Origin: a virus
Lineage: Duplodnaviria; Caudoviricetes
Reading direction: 5' to 3' (one strand)
DNA length: 39,086 bases
Virus record (IMG/VR): IMGVR_UViG_3300005611_000076
Location: 1-39,086 of that record
The notes below the pieces were generated by a model that saw only the letters and a list, made by a program, of their open reading frames with translations, searched no databases and was not told the DNA's origin. Each line of letters opens with the position of its first letter. The first letter of the stretch is position 1. This document shows positions 8,512 through 18,568 of this stretch, piece by piece. Position numbers and translations under genes: made by a program.

Positions 8512-9198
8512 ATGGCACGAGTAGGTATAATCGGAGACACACACTTACCGTATGAGTTGGAGGGTTACCTTGAGTTCTGCCAAGAAACTTTCGAGGCTTG
8601 GGGCGTGGACACTGTCGTTCACATTGGGGATTTTATGGATAACCACAGCCTCAGTTTTCACGATAGCGAGCCTCTTCTACATAACGTTCATGGTGAGTAT
8701 GTCTCTGCCCTTGATTCTGCTAAGGCTTGGTACAAAGCGTTTCCTAACCTCACCTTAATACTTGGAAATCATGACCGTATCCCTGCCCGACAGCTACGCA
8801 AGCTAGGCATGGAGCCGTCAATTTACATGAGGCCCATGGAAGAATTATTGGGTATGCCGGAGGGGTGGAAAATTGAAGAGCAACTTGAAATCGACGGAGT
8901 CCTGTACCATCACGGTGAAACCGCCAACGGTGTTAACGGCTTCCGCAATGACGCCAAGCAACGGATGCAGTGTACCGTGTCAGGTCACAATCACAGCAAC
9001 TTCGGGGTGTCATATAGTGCTAGCGATAGCGAGCTGGTGTGGGGAATGGCAGTTGGCTGCGGAGTCAACCATTCGCATCTTGCGTTTGCTTATGGGAAGC
9101 ACTTCAAGTTCAAACCTATCATCGGCTGCGGAGTGGTTATCGACGGGACACCCTACCCTGAGCCAATGGATTTGGGACGCAAGCTACGGAGGATATGA
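8512..9198 (+). CDS. Calcineurin-like metallophosphoesterase
   Basis: GDTH, HIGDFMD, GNHD, HHG, GHNH motifs. Confidence 0.92.
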   Translation: MARVGIIGDTHLPYELEGYLEFCQETFEAWGVDTVVHIGDFMDNHSLSFHDSEPLLHNVHGEYVSALDSAKAWYKAFPNLTLILGNHDRIPARQLRKLGMEPSIYMRPMEELLGMPEGWKIEEQLEIDGVLYHHGETANGVNGFRNDAKQRMQCTVSGHNHSNFGVSYSASDSELVWGMAVGCGVNHSHLAFAYGKHFKFKPIIGCGVVIDGTPYPEPMDLGRKLRRI

Positions 9199-9199
9199 C

Positions 9200-9358
9200 A
9201 TGCCTTTAGACAAACTCGACGCTGATTATTTGTGCGAAGAAATAGCCGAGCGGTATGACCCAGACGAGATTGTGGACATCCTTGGCTTCAGCTCCGAGGA
9301 ATTAGTAGAGGCCTTACGGTCCTACATCATTGACAGTGCAGAGAGGTTTGACGTATGA
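9200..9358 (+). CDS. Small acidic hypothetical protein (52 aa)
   Basis: 3' part of track ORF 8873-9358; GGAGG RBS upstream of ATG 9200. Confidence 0.65.
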   Translation: MPLDKLDADYLCEEIAERYDPDEIVDILGFSSEELVEALRSYIIDSAERFDV

Positions 9359-9603
9359 AAGTAGTCGATGGTAAGTTCAACTCAAAGAAAGGTCCAACCA
9401 TCCAAGAGTTTCTAGAGCACGTCACGGAGTTCATCGGTGAGTTTAAGGGTCAGGAAATTCAGGCATCTGTCGTCATCAACGCAGGAGAGTTTCTGTCTGT
9501 CCTGTCCAACTACAACAACATAGCCGAGGCGCACTTCGATATGTGCATCATAGCCAACGGCTTGCTGCATGGTGCTGGAGGTTCGGATGAGCAATACCAC
9601 TGA
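9355..9603 (+). CDS. Hypothetical protein
   Basis: ATGA-coupled; begins MKVVDGKF, a common start in phage small proteins. Confidence 0.65.
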   Translation: MKVVDGKFNSKKGPTIQEFLEHVTEFIGEFKGQEIQASVVINAGEFLSVLSNYNNIAEAHFDMCIIANGLLHGAGGSDEQYH

Positions 9604-10033
9604 GAAGAGGGGGTCGATTGACCGGCCCCTCTACAAAGTTGTGGACACCGACACGTACAACGTAATGTACACAGGACGCAACTACCACGAGGCCTGTCAG
9701 GTTGAAGGTATGATAGAGAACCACGGCGGCAGGCCTAAGTTTATTGTGGACTACGGCGAGACAGACAAGACTAACATGGAGGAGAGAGACATCAGAACGG
9801 ACGCGCAAGAGGACGTAGTGAACCTGCCTAAGCACTACCGTAGCGGTGAGGTTGAGTGCATCGAGGCTATGGAGTCAATGGCCCTGAACGCTAAGCTGTC
9901 GCCATTCGTAGGCTACTTGTGGCTCAATGCGTTCAAGTATCTGTGGCGGTGGCCTTTCAAGAATGGAGTGGAGGACTTAAAGAAATGCAGATGGTACATC
10001 GACCGACTTATAATGCAATTGGAAAAGCAATGA
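9587..10033 (+). CDS. DUF3310-domain protein (related to T7 gp1.7 nucleotide kinase)
   Basis: VNLPKHY...ECIEAM...NAFKYLWRW..KNGVEDLKKCRWYI; GGAGG RBS before ATG 9587. Confidence 0.85.
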   Translation: MSNTTEKRGSIDRPLYKVVDTDTYNVMYTGRNYHEACQVEGMIENHGGRPKFIVDYGETDKTNMEERDIRTDAQEDVVNLPKHYRSGEVECIEAMESMALNAKLSPFVGYLWLNAFKYLWRWPFKNGVEDLKKCRWYIDRLIMQLEKQ

Positions 10034-10296
10034 ACAAAGTGTTAGCTTATGTCATAAACCTACTGGCTTGTCTTAGTCAATTCGTTAATGTGCTGTTGTT
10101 TAACGGCCACCCTAACGAAACACTTAGCGCCCGTTGTGGGCGCGTAGTTAAGATGAATAAGACAACGAATCCATTATGGCTTTTGTTGGCTGCCTTCATT
10201 GACTTGGTCTTCTTACCCTTCGAGGAAGACCATTGCTTCGAGAGCTACATCACCGAGCGTATGTGGGCACGGCAGTACCTTGAGGACACTGAATGA
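10030..10296 (+). CDS. Conserved-type phage membrane protein (N..L..G.P.ETLSAR motif)
   Basis: ATGA-coupled start at 10030; hydrophobic segments; DHC motif near the C-terminus. Confidence 0.65.
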   Translation: MNKVLAYVINLLACLSQFVNVLLFNGHPNETLSARCGRVVKMNKTTNPLWLLLAAFIDLVFLPFEEDHCFESYITERMWARQYLEDTE

Positions 10297-10511
10297 TTTA
10301 CTACGAGACGTTCAACGGCACACCGGCAGCCATCAATCCAGACCACATTACCACTGTCGTGGAGATAGAGATGGGCCTGAGAGTTGAGATGGTGAACAGC
10401 CAGACGGTACTACTACGTGGGTGGACTATGAACGACCTTGAAAGGAAGTTCCTCGCCCGAGCCGGAATAGTTCAATTAGACCTCTCAGCATCTCAGCAGG
10501 CGATGGAATAG
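10293..10511 (+). CDS. Small beta-rich protein, FlbD/SwrD-like
   Basis: MIYYETFNGTPAAINPDHITTV resembles the FlbD-type MI.L...NG....lN.d.I..i pattern; last gene of the + arm. Confidence 0.5.
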   Translation: MIYYETFNGTPAAINPDHITTVVEIEMGLRVEMVNSQTVLLRGWTMNDLERKFLARAGIVQLDLSASQQAME

Positions 10512-10803
10512 CCCACCCTGCCAGCAAGATGATGATGCCTAACTCCCACCACTGCAGCCCCGCTTCGTTGACGACAGTCTCGACGGGGCTTTCATACGTC
10601 TGAGCCTTTTTGTTCTGCAGTGTGACAGCCGTGTTGGCCTGCTGAGCAACGTTCTCTTCACCCTCTGTCTTAGCCTGACCTACGTTAGCATCTACGTCTA
10701 TGCCTTTGTCAGCGCTTCCTAGCACAGCCTCCTTCGCTACGTCAGTTAACACTGAGCAACCGCTAGTCAGGAGGATTAAGCATACGCCTGTTGTCTTTAG
10801 CAT
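10426..10803 (-). CDS. Putative unimolecular spanin (lipoprotein with C-terminal TM helix)
   Basis: MLKTTGVCLILLTSG-C lipobox plus C-terminal WWELGIIILLAGWAIP TM segment, the u-spanin architecture. Confidence 0.65.
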   Translation of the reverse strand: MLKTTGVCLILLTSGCSVLTDVAKEAVLGSADKGIDVDANVGQAKTEGEENVAQQANTAVTLQNKKAQTYESPVETVVNEAGLQWWELGIIILLAGWAIPSPAEMLRGLIELFRLGRGTSFQGRS

Positions 10804-11092
10804 ACTCGTCAACACGCTTAATGTACTCATAGTTCCTCCCTGTCTCCCTATCCACTACTCCTAGCTTTTCTTCAATAGGCTTTATGTACGCCATGTACAG
10901 CAGCATACCGCACGTACACAACACGCCAATGGTAGCAGCAATCCACTCAGGCGTACGCGCAGGCTTGTTTATGTGCTCGCGTATGTCGTCTAGTATCTCT
11001 GCGTTGCGTTGCATCAAGGCGGAGTGAGCAGCTAGGGTTTGCTCTAAGTTACCTATCCTACGTTCAATGCTTAACTGGTCATCAGGCGACAT
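10763..11092 (-). CDS. Coiled-coil, single-TM protein; possible holin
   Basis: N-terminal coiled coil, one TM segment (WIAATIGVLCTCGMLLYMAYI), adjacent to the spanin candidate. Confidence 0.45.
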   Translation of the reverse strand: MSPDDQLSIERRIGNLEQTLAAHSALMQRNAEILDDIREHINKPARTPEWIAATIGVLCTCGMLLYMAYIKPIEEKLGVVDRETGRNYEYIKRVDEYAKDNRRMLNPPD

Positions 11093-11094
11093 CC

Positions 11095-13746
11095 CTATCT
11101 CCCTTCTATCATATCTCTGACTTCTGCTATTGGGTCACCTGTAAGGAGACGCTCCCCTGTTATTGTTCTGCTGATTTTATCCGCTTGAGACAAGCCCGGA
11201 ACGTACGACTGCCCCACTCTAGCTAGTGGTGTTACACGCTCAGCCAACGTGTCTTCTGACAAAGGATTGATAGCCGACAGTAAGCCGCTGCCTAAACGCA
11301 TACCGGCCTGCACAGGAGCTGGCGTTATGTCTATAGGTTGACCACCATACTCCTCAGAGCGAATGTTCACAGCTCCGCTAGATATGTTAGACATTAACTG
11401 GTTGCTTGTGGTTTCGGCAATGTAGTCTAAGAATTGCTCCATATCAGCAATCTCTTTGCCTCTGACCTCACCGTCCCCAAACAGCGCCTCTCTGTCTTCT
11501 TTATTGAACCCAGCTTTACGCATATCATCCCATACGCCGTTAGCTAAGCCCATGAGTGCTACGTATTTAACGGAAGCCACAGAGGCATCCTTTAAAGCGG
11601 ACTGTCCTTCCTTCGTGTTCAGCCCTCTTCGCTGTGCCTCTATCAGGTTCTGTCCTATGTCTACACGTATGCGGTTGTACTGTCTGTTCATGTACGAAAG
11701 CATAGAGTAGAAGATACGGCCATTTGGGTTTTCATTAAAGGCCTTGGGCATAGAGGAAGCAAGGACAGGCTGTACGTCCGCTAGGCTATTGCCTGCAAAT
11801 AGCTTTACATACTGGTTCTGTACGTCCCCATTCTTAAGCGCATCAACCGTCTCCATAAATTCCCGGTTGTCTAGGCCACGCATTCCGGGATGCTTACGCA
11901 GCTTCTCAATAGCCTTCGGTGACCCGTCTGCTGCTAAGTTCATACCGCGCTTAATAGCCGTGTTGGCTGCTAGCTCTTGGCCCATCTCGTTTACGTTCTG
12001 AACGCCAGTCCATTTGTAGAAGAAGTTACCCATTGTGTCTACAAACTTACCGACACCCTTCTCAGCCTCGGCTGCAACCTCTCCCATGAACTGACGGTCT
12101 AAGCCAAACTCATGAGTAGAAAGCCAGTTGGGGTTTTCGGCTGCAGCTTTACGCATAACCGTAGCCTTTAGGCCGGGCGCTACAGTGCCTGCCCATGCTT
12201 TAAAGCCGCTTTGATAGATAGGCAATGAGACACCTTCAATCACGTTTAGAGCGGCGTTAGACCAGTTGGCTAGTAGGCCTGTTGACGTAGCCTTTCGTGC
12301 TATAGAGCCTATTGCATCCCCGCCAGTGGTAGCGTGGACAAGTGCGGTGCGAAGGCCTACGGCTAAGTTATTGGCTGCGTTCACGGCAGCAGCATTTTTC
12401 TTACCGCCTCCTTGCTTGACAGCTTCCTTTTCAATAAGGTCAATAACAGCATCTAAGCGTGTTTGTTTATCGCCCCCTTTAAACGTCTTAGGCTTTAGTT
12501 TTTCAAGTTGTTGTTGGCTTAGGTTAAACCTAGAAGCCAGCACACGAGCAGCAGTAACGTCCTTAACGTACTCCTTAAAGGCAACTACAGGGTTTTCATA
12601 CTGGTCTATGTTTGCTCGGGACTTGTCGGGGATAGCACCTTTTGCTTTTCTAGGAAAGTATTCTTTGTTTTTCTTTTGCCATCCGGCAAACTCTTTAGAC
12701 ACAGCGTCGTCGTATAAGTCACGCAACTTCTGCAACTCAGCAGCTTCTTCAGGCGAACGTGCCGAAGCCATCACGTCGTCCATTGTCCAACGCTGCTGCT
12801 CACCCTTTGCTTTCTTTCTGCCTACGTTTATAAGTAAAGTTTTGGTGGCTCTGTTGTCGTCTATTACGCGCATAGTGTCTGCAAGCTCGCGCTCAAACAC
12901 GTCGTCAATCTCACGAGACGAAGACTTAATGAGCAGCTCTGAGTCAGTGAGCAAGCGAGCGGCCCTAGCGTTTCCGTTCTTAGTCATCCACTCTTTAGTA
13001 CCAAGAAGAATAGAGTCTACGGTGTCGCCTACCTTATCTTTTAACGAAGACGAGACAACAGCTCCGTCGCCCTCTTGCGCTACATCACCTACCTGTCTTT
13101 TATACGCTGAAGTCTCATACGTACCAGAACCTGTCTTGCCTTTCTTTGCTGACACGTCCGGGCTAAAGCCTTCATCGCCCCAGATGTGCGTACCTTGTCC
13201 TTGACGAGCCGCTTCTTCTGCGTCAATACGCGCTATGTCATCTGCATTTTTGGTCAGCAGCTTGCCTGACAGATAGCCTAAGCCACCGCCTAAGCCAGCG
13301 CCAAGGGCTGCACTTGTGACGCGGCCTTCTCCTTCGCCTGCCAAGAAACCGTACGCAGCCCCTTCTGCTGCTCCAACCTTAGCTAGCCTAGCGGCTTGCT
13401 GTGCTTTAGAAAGCGCCTGACCTGTCTTAGCTACGGCAGCGCCAGGAATAAGGAAGCCAGCAGCCATACCTCCCCACTCTAAAGCAGTGGCTAAGTTTTT
13501 GTTGTCTTCTTTAAAGGCAGCCATGTCTGCACGAGAAGCAGAAATAGCCTCGTCCCAAGAGTCAGCGTCCCCTGAAACACGGCGAAGCAAAGCATCAAGC
13601 TCATCGCCAGCGCCCACTGCGCCTTCTACAAAAGTTGTAAGGCCAGCACGGAAGTCGCTGTAGTCTTCTTCAGGACGTACTCCACCCCTTAACCCTAATG
13701 GGTCTGAAGCTGTGCGTTGTGCTCTAAGTCCTAGTGGGTCACGCAT
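11095..13746 (-). CDS. Large internal virion (ejection) protein
   Basis: 883 aa, Ala/Gly-rich N-terminal hydrophobic helices; last of three co-linear genes after tail tube B, as in podovirus core genes. Confidence 0.7.
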   Translation of the reverse strand: MRDPLGLRAQRTASDPLGLRGGVRPEEDYSDFRAGLTTFVEGAVGAGDELDALLRRVSGDADSWDEAISASRADMAAFKEDNKNLATALEWGGMAAGFLIPGAAVAKTGQALSKAQQAARLAKVGAAEGAAYGFLAGEGEGRVTSAALGAGLGGGLGYLSGKLLTKNADDIARIDAEEAARQGQGTHIWGDEGFSPDVSAKKGKTGSGTYETSAYKRQVGDVAQEGDGAVVSSSLKDKVGDTVDSILLGTKEWMTKNGNARAARLLTDSELLIKSSSREIDDVFERELADTMRVIDDNRATKTLLINVGRKKAKGEQQRWTMDDVMASARSPEEAAELQKLRDLYDDAVSKEFAGWQKKNKEYFPRKAKGAIPDKSRANIDQYENPVVAFKEYVKDVTAARVLASRFNLSQQQLEKLKPKTFKGGDKQTRLDAVIDLIEKEAVKQGGGKKNAAAVNAANNLAVGLRTALVHATTGGDAIGSIARKATSTGLLANWSNAALNVIEGVSLPIYQSGFKAWAGTVAPGLKATVMRKAAAENPNWLSTHEFGLDRQFMGEVAAEAEKGVGKFVDTMGNFFYKWTGVQNVNEMGQELAANTAIKRGMNLAADGSPKAIEKLRKHPGMRGLDNREFMETVDALKNGDVQNQYVKLFAGNSLADVQPVLASSMPKAFNENPNGRIFYSMLSYMNRQYNRIRVDIGQNLIEAQRRGLNTKEGQSALKDASVASVKYVALMGLANGVWDDMRKAGFNKEDREALFGDGEVRGKEIADMEQFLDYIAETTSNQLMSNISSGAVNIRSEEYGGQPIDITPAPVQAGMRLGSGLLSAINPLSEDTLAERVTPLARVGQSYVPGLSQADKISRTITGERLLTGDPIAEVRDMIEGR

Positions 13747-15290
13747 TAGCGTCCTCCGTTAGCTAACTCAGTAAGGGAGGGAGCTTTCCCGCCGTATGTT
13801 CCCATAGGTGATAACTTGCTGCGTACTCTTTCTATGTAACTTGGCTGTTTATTTTTTGCTATAATAGCTTCCACTTCTTCTACAGTTAGACCAGAAGCAT
13901 TAGCTATTTGCCGCGTTGAAAAACCGTCATTGACGTAAGATAAAACATCTTCGCTTGTAAGCTCTTGTGTTACTTCTTCTTCAGTAACTTCTTCACCTCG
14001 AAGTATAGAAATCTGCCTATCAATAGCATAGTTGCGGCGCTCTCGTAGAATCTGCTCCGCCTCCTCAAACTGTTCTTGAGTAGGCCTAGACTTAACTGTT
14101 CCGTCTGCTTTATACGTAGTAAACTTTTGATTAGCGTATCGAGCTACTTCCGTAAGAGGAATAGGCTCTTCAATCTGCAAAGTTAACCTTTGTATCTGTG
14201 CTTCTGTTTGAGCCTGCTCTCGACTTAGTTTGCCTGCTTCTGCCTGTGCGTGATTAAAAACCATCATTTTAGCTAAAGAAGCTGCATCTGCTTCTAGTTT
14301 TTTAGCTTGAGCAAGAGCCGCTTCGTTGTCCCACTGACCGTTGTGAAAGTTATTTTCTTGAAACTTAGCGGCCCTAGTATACATACCTTGAATTGGTTTT
14401 AAAAACTCTTCAGGCAGCTCAGCGTAAGATTCCATAGCCTCATCTATGTCTAAAGGAGATGACATAGCGGCACGTTGCTCAGCCCAATCATCGGCTGTAC
14501 GCTGTATGTTAATGTAGTTATTTACAGTGGCTTGTATTTTACCTTGAGCAGCAGGAGGAGCACTAGATACTAAATTAGACAAGGCCTCTGGGTCTTGGCT
14601 TTTAATAGCATCCATAATTGAAGAAGTGTTTTGCTTAATAAACTCATCGGCTTGCATCTCAGCCATTGCTTGCTCTTGCCTAAACTGCTGCACTTTCATG
14701 TCATTTGCCGCACTGGCAGCTTCGGGGTCTTGCTTTAAAACTTCAAGCTGCTTTGCCGCATTGGCTCTTTGCTGTGGTGTAAACTGCTCATCATTAGCTA
14801 TTTGTTCTAGCTTTAAAACACCCTTTCCTTTGTTAACAACAGATTGCTTTTGAGCGCCCGGACGCATAGAATTAAGGCGCTGTATTTCTGCCATGTAGGT
14901 ACGGCGCTCTTCAGGCGTTGCATCTTCGTTCCTCATTTTGCCTTGAAGCTGCTTTATATAATATTCCAGCCCTTCTACGTCGCCGTTTTGAGCAAGCATC
15001 TGCCCTGCCGTAGTGTCCTCATACGCACTAGCAACACGATTGTTTGTTTGGATTTGTTTACGTAAGTCAGCCGCCTGTTTCCGGTATGACATAGCTTCTT
15101 CACGCTTGCCTGTCGACTCAGCCCATTTAGCATAACGCTCAAGACTGTCAGGGTTGTTCATATCCAGTTCAGGGCGTGACATATTCTCAATGTTGCTGGT
15201 TAGCGGAGAAATGTCTACACCTTTGCTAAGGGTGCTACCTATCTGGCTAAGCATCCCCGTAAGGTTAACTGCTTGGTTCGTGCCTGCCAT
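13746..15290 (-). CDS. Internal virion (ejection) protein
   Basis: 514 aa, helical and Q/A/E-rich; synteny. Confidence 0.65.
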   Translation of the reverse strand: MAGTNQAVNLTGMLSQIGSTLSKGVDISPLTSNIENMSRPELDMNNPDSLERYAKWAESTGKREEAMSYRKQAADLRKQIQTNNRVASAYEDTTAGQMLAQNGDVEGLEYYIKQLQGKMRNEDATPEERRTYMAEIQRLNSMRPGAQKQSVVNKGKGVLKLEQIANDEQFTPQQRANAAKQLEVLKQDPEAASAANDMKVQQFRQEQAMAEMQADEFIKQNTSSIMDAIKSQDPEALSNLVSSAPPAAQGKIQATVNNYINIQRTADDWAEQRAAMSSPLDIDEAMESYAELPEEFLKPIQGMYTRAAKFQENNFHNGQWDNEAALAQAKKLEADAASLAKMMVFNHAQAEAGKLSREQAQTEAQIQRLTLQIEEPIPLTEVARYANQKFTTYKADGTVKSRPTQEQFEEAEQILRERRNYAIDRQISILRGEEVTEEEVTQELTSEDVLSYVNDGFSTRQIANASGLTVEEVEAIIAKNKQPSYIERVRSKLSPMGTYGGKAPSLTELANGGR

Positions 15291-15294
15291 TATA

Positions 15295-16227
15295 TCAGCC
15301 CCCTATGCCCAATGTATTTTTAGCCCAGTCAAACAAACCGCCACCTATGTCACCTAAGAAGTCCTCTACGCCTTGCTCAAAGCCAGTACCGGCAGCGCCA
15401 GACAGAGCGTTCATGCTAGTACCAAACAAGTTAGAGAACAGGTTGTTAGCGGCTGTGTTAGCGTTAATCTGAGACTGTATGCCGCCCAAGCCTAGCTGTG
15501 CAGCTAAGTTAGCGCCAGTCATCTGACCAGTCTGAGCCAAGTTAGCGTTGTTCTGACCAACCTGCATAGCCTGTAGCTGGTTCTGGAAGGGCAAGAAGCT
15601 ACCTTCGTACGCTGCCATGCCTAGCTGATTAGTCTGGTTGCCTAAGCCGCCAAACATCTGAGCTAGCTGCCCTTGGTTCATCATCTCCTGCTGACCCTGC
15701 TGCATGGCTTGGAAGGCCGCTGCGTTAGACGCCTCAGCACGTGCGCGAGCCATAGCTGCATCTTCCTCAGTACCGCCAAACTGTGAGCCACGTACGCCAC
15801 CACGGCCCATAGCGTACTCACGAGCCATCTGAGCGGCCTGAGCGCGGTCTAGGGCGGGGTTCTGCATAGCCATAGCTTGGTCGTAGATGGCCTGCTCACG
15901 CGCCCCTGTGTCCATCATGCTACGCTGCATGGCTTGGTTAGCCGCTTGGTTGTAGCCGCCACCCTGCGCTTGCATCATCTGCATCATACGCATCATCTCA
16001 GGCGACTGGCCTACCCCAAGGTTCATGTTACCTTGTGGGTCTACAGTAGAGGAACCCAAGCCTGTAGTCACACCAAAGCCACGGAAGCCTGTGTCGTCTT
16101 GCAGCTGGTTAGACAAGTCACCCATCTTATTAGCTGCTTCTGCGCCCATTTTACGCAGGTCGCTTGCAATGTCAAATCCCGCTGCGGCACTACCTACGCC
16201 GCTGAGAACGTCAAATAGTCCCGCCAT
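15295..16227 (-). CDS. Internal virion (ejection/pilot) protein
   Basis: 310 aa, G/Q/M/A-rich, typical of DNA-transfer proteins; synteny. Confidence 0.7.
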   Translation of the reverse strand: MAGLFDVLSGVGSAAAGFDIASDLRKMGAEAANKMGDLSNQLQDDTGFRGFGVTTGLGSSTVDPQGNMNLGVGQSPEMMRMMQMMQAQGGGYNQAANQAMQRSMMDTGAREQAIYDQAMAMQNPALDRAQAAQMAREYAMGRGGVRGSQFGGTEEDAAMARARAEASNAAAFQAMQQGQQEMMNQGQLAQMFGGLGNQTNQLGMAAYEGSFLPFQNQLQAMQVGQNNANLAQTGQMTGANLAAQLGLGGIQSQINANTAANNLFSNLFGTSMNALSGAAGTGFEQGVEDFLGDIGGGLFDWAKNTLGIGG

Positions 16228-17939
16228 TAGTTAAGTCTCCCAATGAGTGTTTGCACGTTTAATTCTTGTAGAGAACAACTGTTCCCGTTAATGTCAATCC
16301 TAAAGCCTACCACCACAGATTCTCCGCTGCCTTTAGTGTTTGTCTTATAGCGACGGATGGTAACCTGTGCGCCCCCGAATACGTCAATGCCATACTGCGC
16401 TACGCCATACAAAGCTGGCTGTGTGGCACGTACGTTAAACCGTTTGGCGTAGTCTAACGTACCGGAGTAGCCCCACTCAGCCGTAGCTGATGCGTCCACG
16501 ACAGTAGAGGCTAGCGTGTAGTCAATCTGCTTTAGGAACTTAGTGTTCGACGGACTGCCGAAAGTTAGCTGTCCGCTTTCATACTTAAACTCGTACGGCT
16601 CATTATCATATTGAATAAAGCCGTCGTAGGTCATTAAGCCTGTGTTGTCTGCGTTAGACGCAAGAAGGATGCGAGCTGTGCCCTGCTCCTCATAGTACAG
16701 CGTACGCTCAAAGCGACAGCCCACCCAGCGTGTAGCCTTAAGGCCACCGGACGGCGAGGGATTACGCGACTCGAACGTATAGGCCAGACCTTGCTCTGCA
16801 AAGTTAACGACCAAAAGGTTTTCACTAATCCAGTAGGACAGGCTAATCTTTGACTTGTCCCCTGTGCTAGCTACTAGGTTAGTGAAGTCTTTGTGTACGT
16901 TCACTGACAAGCTGCCAATAGGCGCACTCTTCTCTTGAATCGTACGGCCAATAGACCGCAGGCCCGAGTCGTCCACGAACAGCACGTCACTGCCGATAAT
17001 GGCAACAGCGTCACGGGACACTAACCCGATGTTAGAGATAGCGTCCTGTAGCTGTAAGCCGTTCGCTGAGGCTGGGTCTTCTGACACCCCTGAGTACACG
17101 AGCGTAGACTGTCGGCCAAACACCAACAGCAAGCCGTTGTGTGCTACAATGTTAACAATACGGTCAGAGCCGTTAGGCCAGTATTCGCTGACGTCAATGA
17201 TACCTGCTGTGTTGAGCGGGTCGGTAGGCGTAGTCTTACCATCATACCACTGGGTGGCAATAAGCAAGTCGCTGTAGTAGATGGTCTGGTCGTCCCCGTC
17301 TACACCGCTAACCCACAGCCTACCGTACGCTGAACACACCACACCGCCGTTAATCTTGTTGGCTATGTTACCGCCGTTATCTTGCGGTGGGAGGAATCCA
17401 GCGGCTGCTGAGAGGTTAGTGCAGGCGGTGCCGTCATACACCAGTACGTCATTGCCTTCGCTGAAGATGTAAGCTACGTCGTTAAAGCCTACAATCTTAG
17501 CGTCGGTAAGGCGCGAGGGAGTGGTGACGGTGGGGAGAGTGATTTCGTCTAGCTCATACACTTCGGCTGACGGCTCATTAAGCTCAGCTAGGAAGTAGTC
17601 CTCTTGGACCAGAGCGTTAGTGGCGTCTGTCTGCAAGACGGATACAGTGACCAGCACCTTAGTGACACCATTAATCACAACGCTACCCATGCGGTGCGCT
17701 ACAATGCTTGTGGTCTCAGTGGTGGGGTCTGTAGAGTAGGTGAGGTTTAGAGCCGTAGTGAACTCAGCAAATGCCTTGCGGTTGCCAATACGTCCGTTAC
17801 TGTCCACGACAGCATTATCGGCCACAAGAGCATAGCCGGGGTCGAGCTGCAACGGGCTTTCTTCCGTATTAAGCCCGTAGTATCCCGGCGAAGGTATCGT
17901 TAGGTTTTGCTGCTGCTGAGCCATTAGACTGTATACCAA
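16227..17939 (-). CDS. Tail tubular protein B / nozzle (P22 gp10- or T7 gp12-like)
   Basis: 570 aa beta-propeller-like sequence (GLNT, ADNAVVD, GRLWV, IYYSDL); follows tube A. The start could be a few codons downstream. Confidence 0.8.
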   Translation of the reverse strand: MVYSLMAQQQQNLTIPSPGYYGLNTEESPLQLDPGYALVADNAVVDSNGRIGNRKAFAEFTTALNLTYSTDPTTETTSIVAHRMGSVVINGVTKVLVTVSVLQTDATNALVQEDYFLAELNEPSAEVYELDEITLPTVTTPSRLTDAKIVGFNDVAYIFSEGNDVLVYDGTACTNLSAAAGFLPPQDNGGNIANKINGGVVCSAYGRLWVSGVDGDDQTIYYSDLLIATQWYDGKTTPTDPLNTAGIIDVSEYWPNGSDRIVNIVAHNGLLLVFGRQSTLVYSGVSEDPASANGLQLQDAISNIGLVSRDAVAIIGSDVLFVDDSGLRSIGRTIQEKSAPIGSLSVNVHKDFTNLVASTGDKSKISLSYWISENLLVVNFAEQGLAYTFESRNPSPSGGLKATRWVGCRFERTLYYEEQGTARILLASNADNTGLMTYDGFIQYDNEPYEFKYESGQLTFGSPSNTKFLKQIDYTLASTVVDASATAEWGYSGTLDYAKRFNVRATQPALYGVAQYGIDVFGGAQVTIRRYKTNTKGSGESVVVGFRIDINGNSCSLQELNVQTLIGRLN

Positions 17940-18568
17940 TCATATTCAAGCTGGTTAAGAGCAGCGTCATACGAAATAGCATTGTTAAGGAATTGCTTAG
18001 CCATCGCGAATACTTCTGCTGCAGTCTGACCGCCAACCTCTCCACGCTCTCTTGCCGCGAACGCTAAGGCGTAATACACGACAGGCTGAGCAGGAACAAG
18101 AAGCACATCCGCATCAGCAGACAAGTCATCTTGCTTACGGAAGCCAGTTACAGTTATCGTCTCCGCTGTATCGGGCGTAGGGTAAAGACGAAGGCGTAAG
18201 TCGTTACTTGCGTCTAAACCGCTAACTGCGTAATAGATTGGTGAAGAGGATTCAGATGAACGAAGTTGAAGATTCTCAAGCTGCGCGTTAGTGCTTTCCC
18301 TTAAAGGCTTGTCAGCACTTCGTATATACTCTATTCTAGCAGATTTTCCGCTGTTTGTCAAGGAAACGTATTGGTTTTCTGGAGTAAGCGTCTCCACCCA
18401 AGTAGTACGTAGAGGGTTCCAGTCATGTGCATCCTCGACCAGCCGCTTAGCATCGTTGACGAAGTCAGCCACAATAGCTACTACTACGTCATCTGTAACC
18501 TGTACGGTGTCAACCTCGTCTTCACGAAGCAAACGCAAGACCTTGTTAACTATTTCTAGGTAGGTCAT
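17924..18568 (-). CDS. Tail tubular protein A / adaptor
   Basis: MTYLEIVNKVLRLLRE...VNDAKR.VE..HDW..LR and LYPTPD patterns. Confidence 0.85.
   Translation of the reverse strand: MTYLEIVNKVLRLLREDEVDTVQVTDDVVVAIVADFVNDAKRLVEDAHDWNPLRTTWVETLTPENQYVSLTNSGKSARIEYIRSADKPLRESTNAQLENLQLRSSESSSPIYYAVSGLDASNDLRLRLYPTPDTAETITVTGFRKQDDLSADADVLLVPAQPVVYYALAFAARERGEVGGQTAAEVFAMAKQFLNNAISYDAALNQLEYDWYTV

Noticed and set aside
12266-13204. 312-aa plus-strand ORF
   Set aside because: Antisense shadow of the 883-aa virion gene, with Ser/Phe-rich composition, a TTG start and no RBS. The same applies to most short antisense ORFs in the track.
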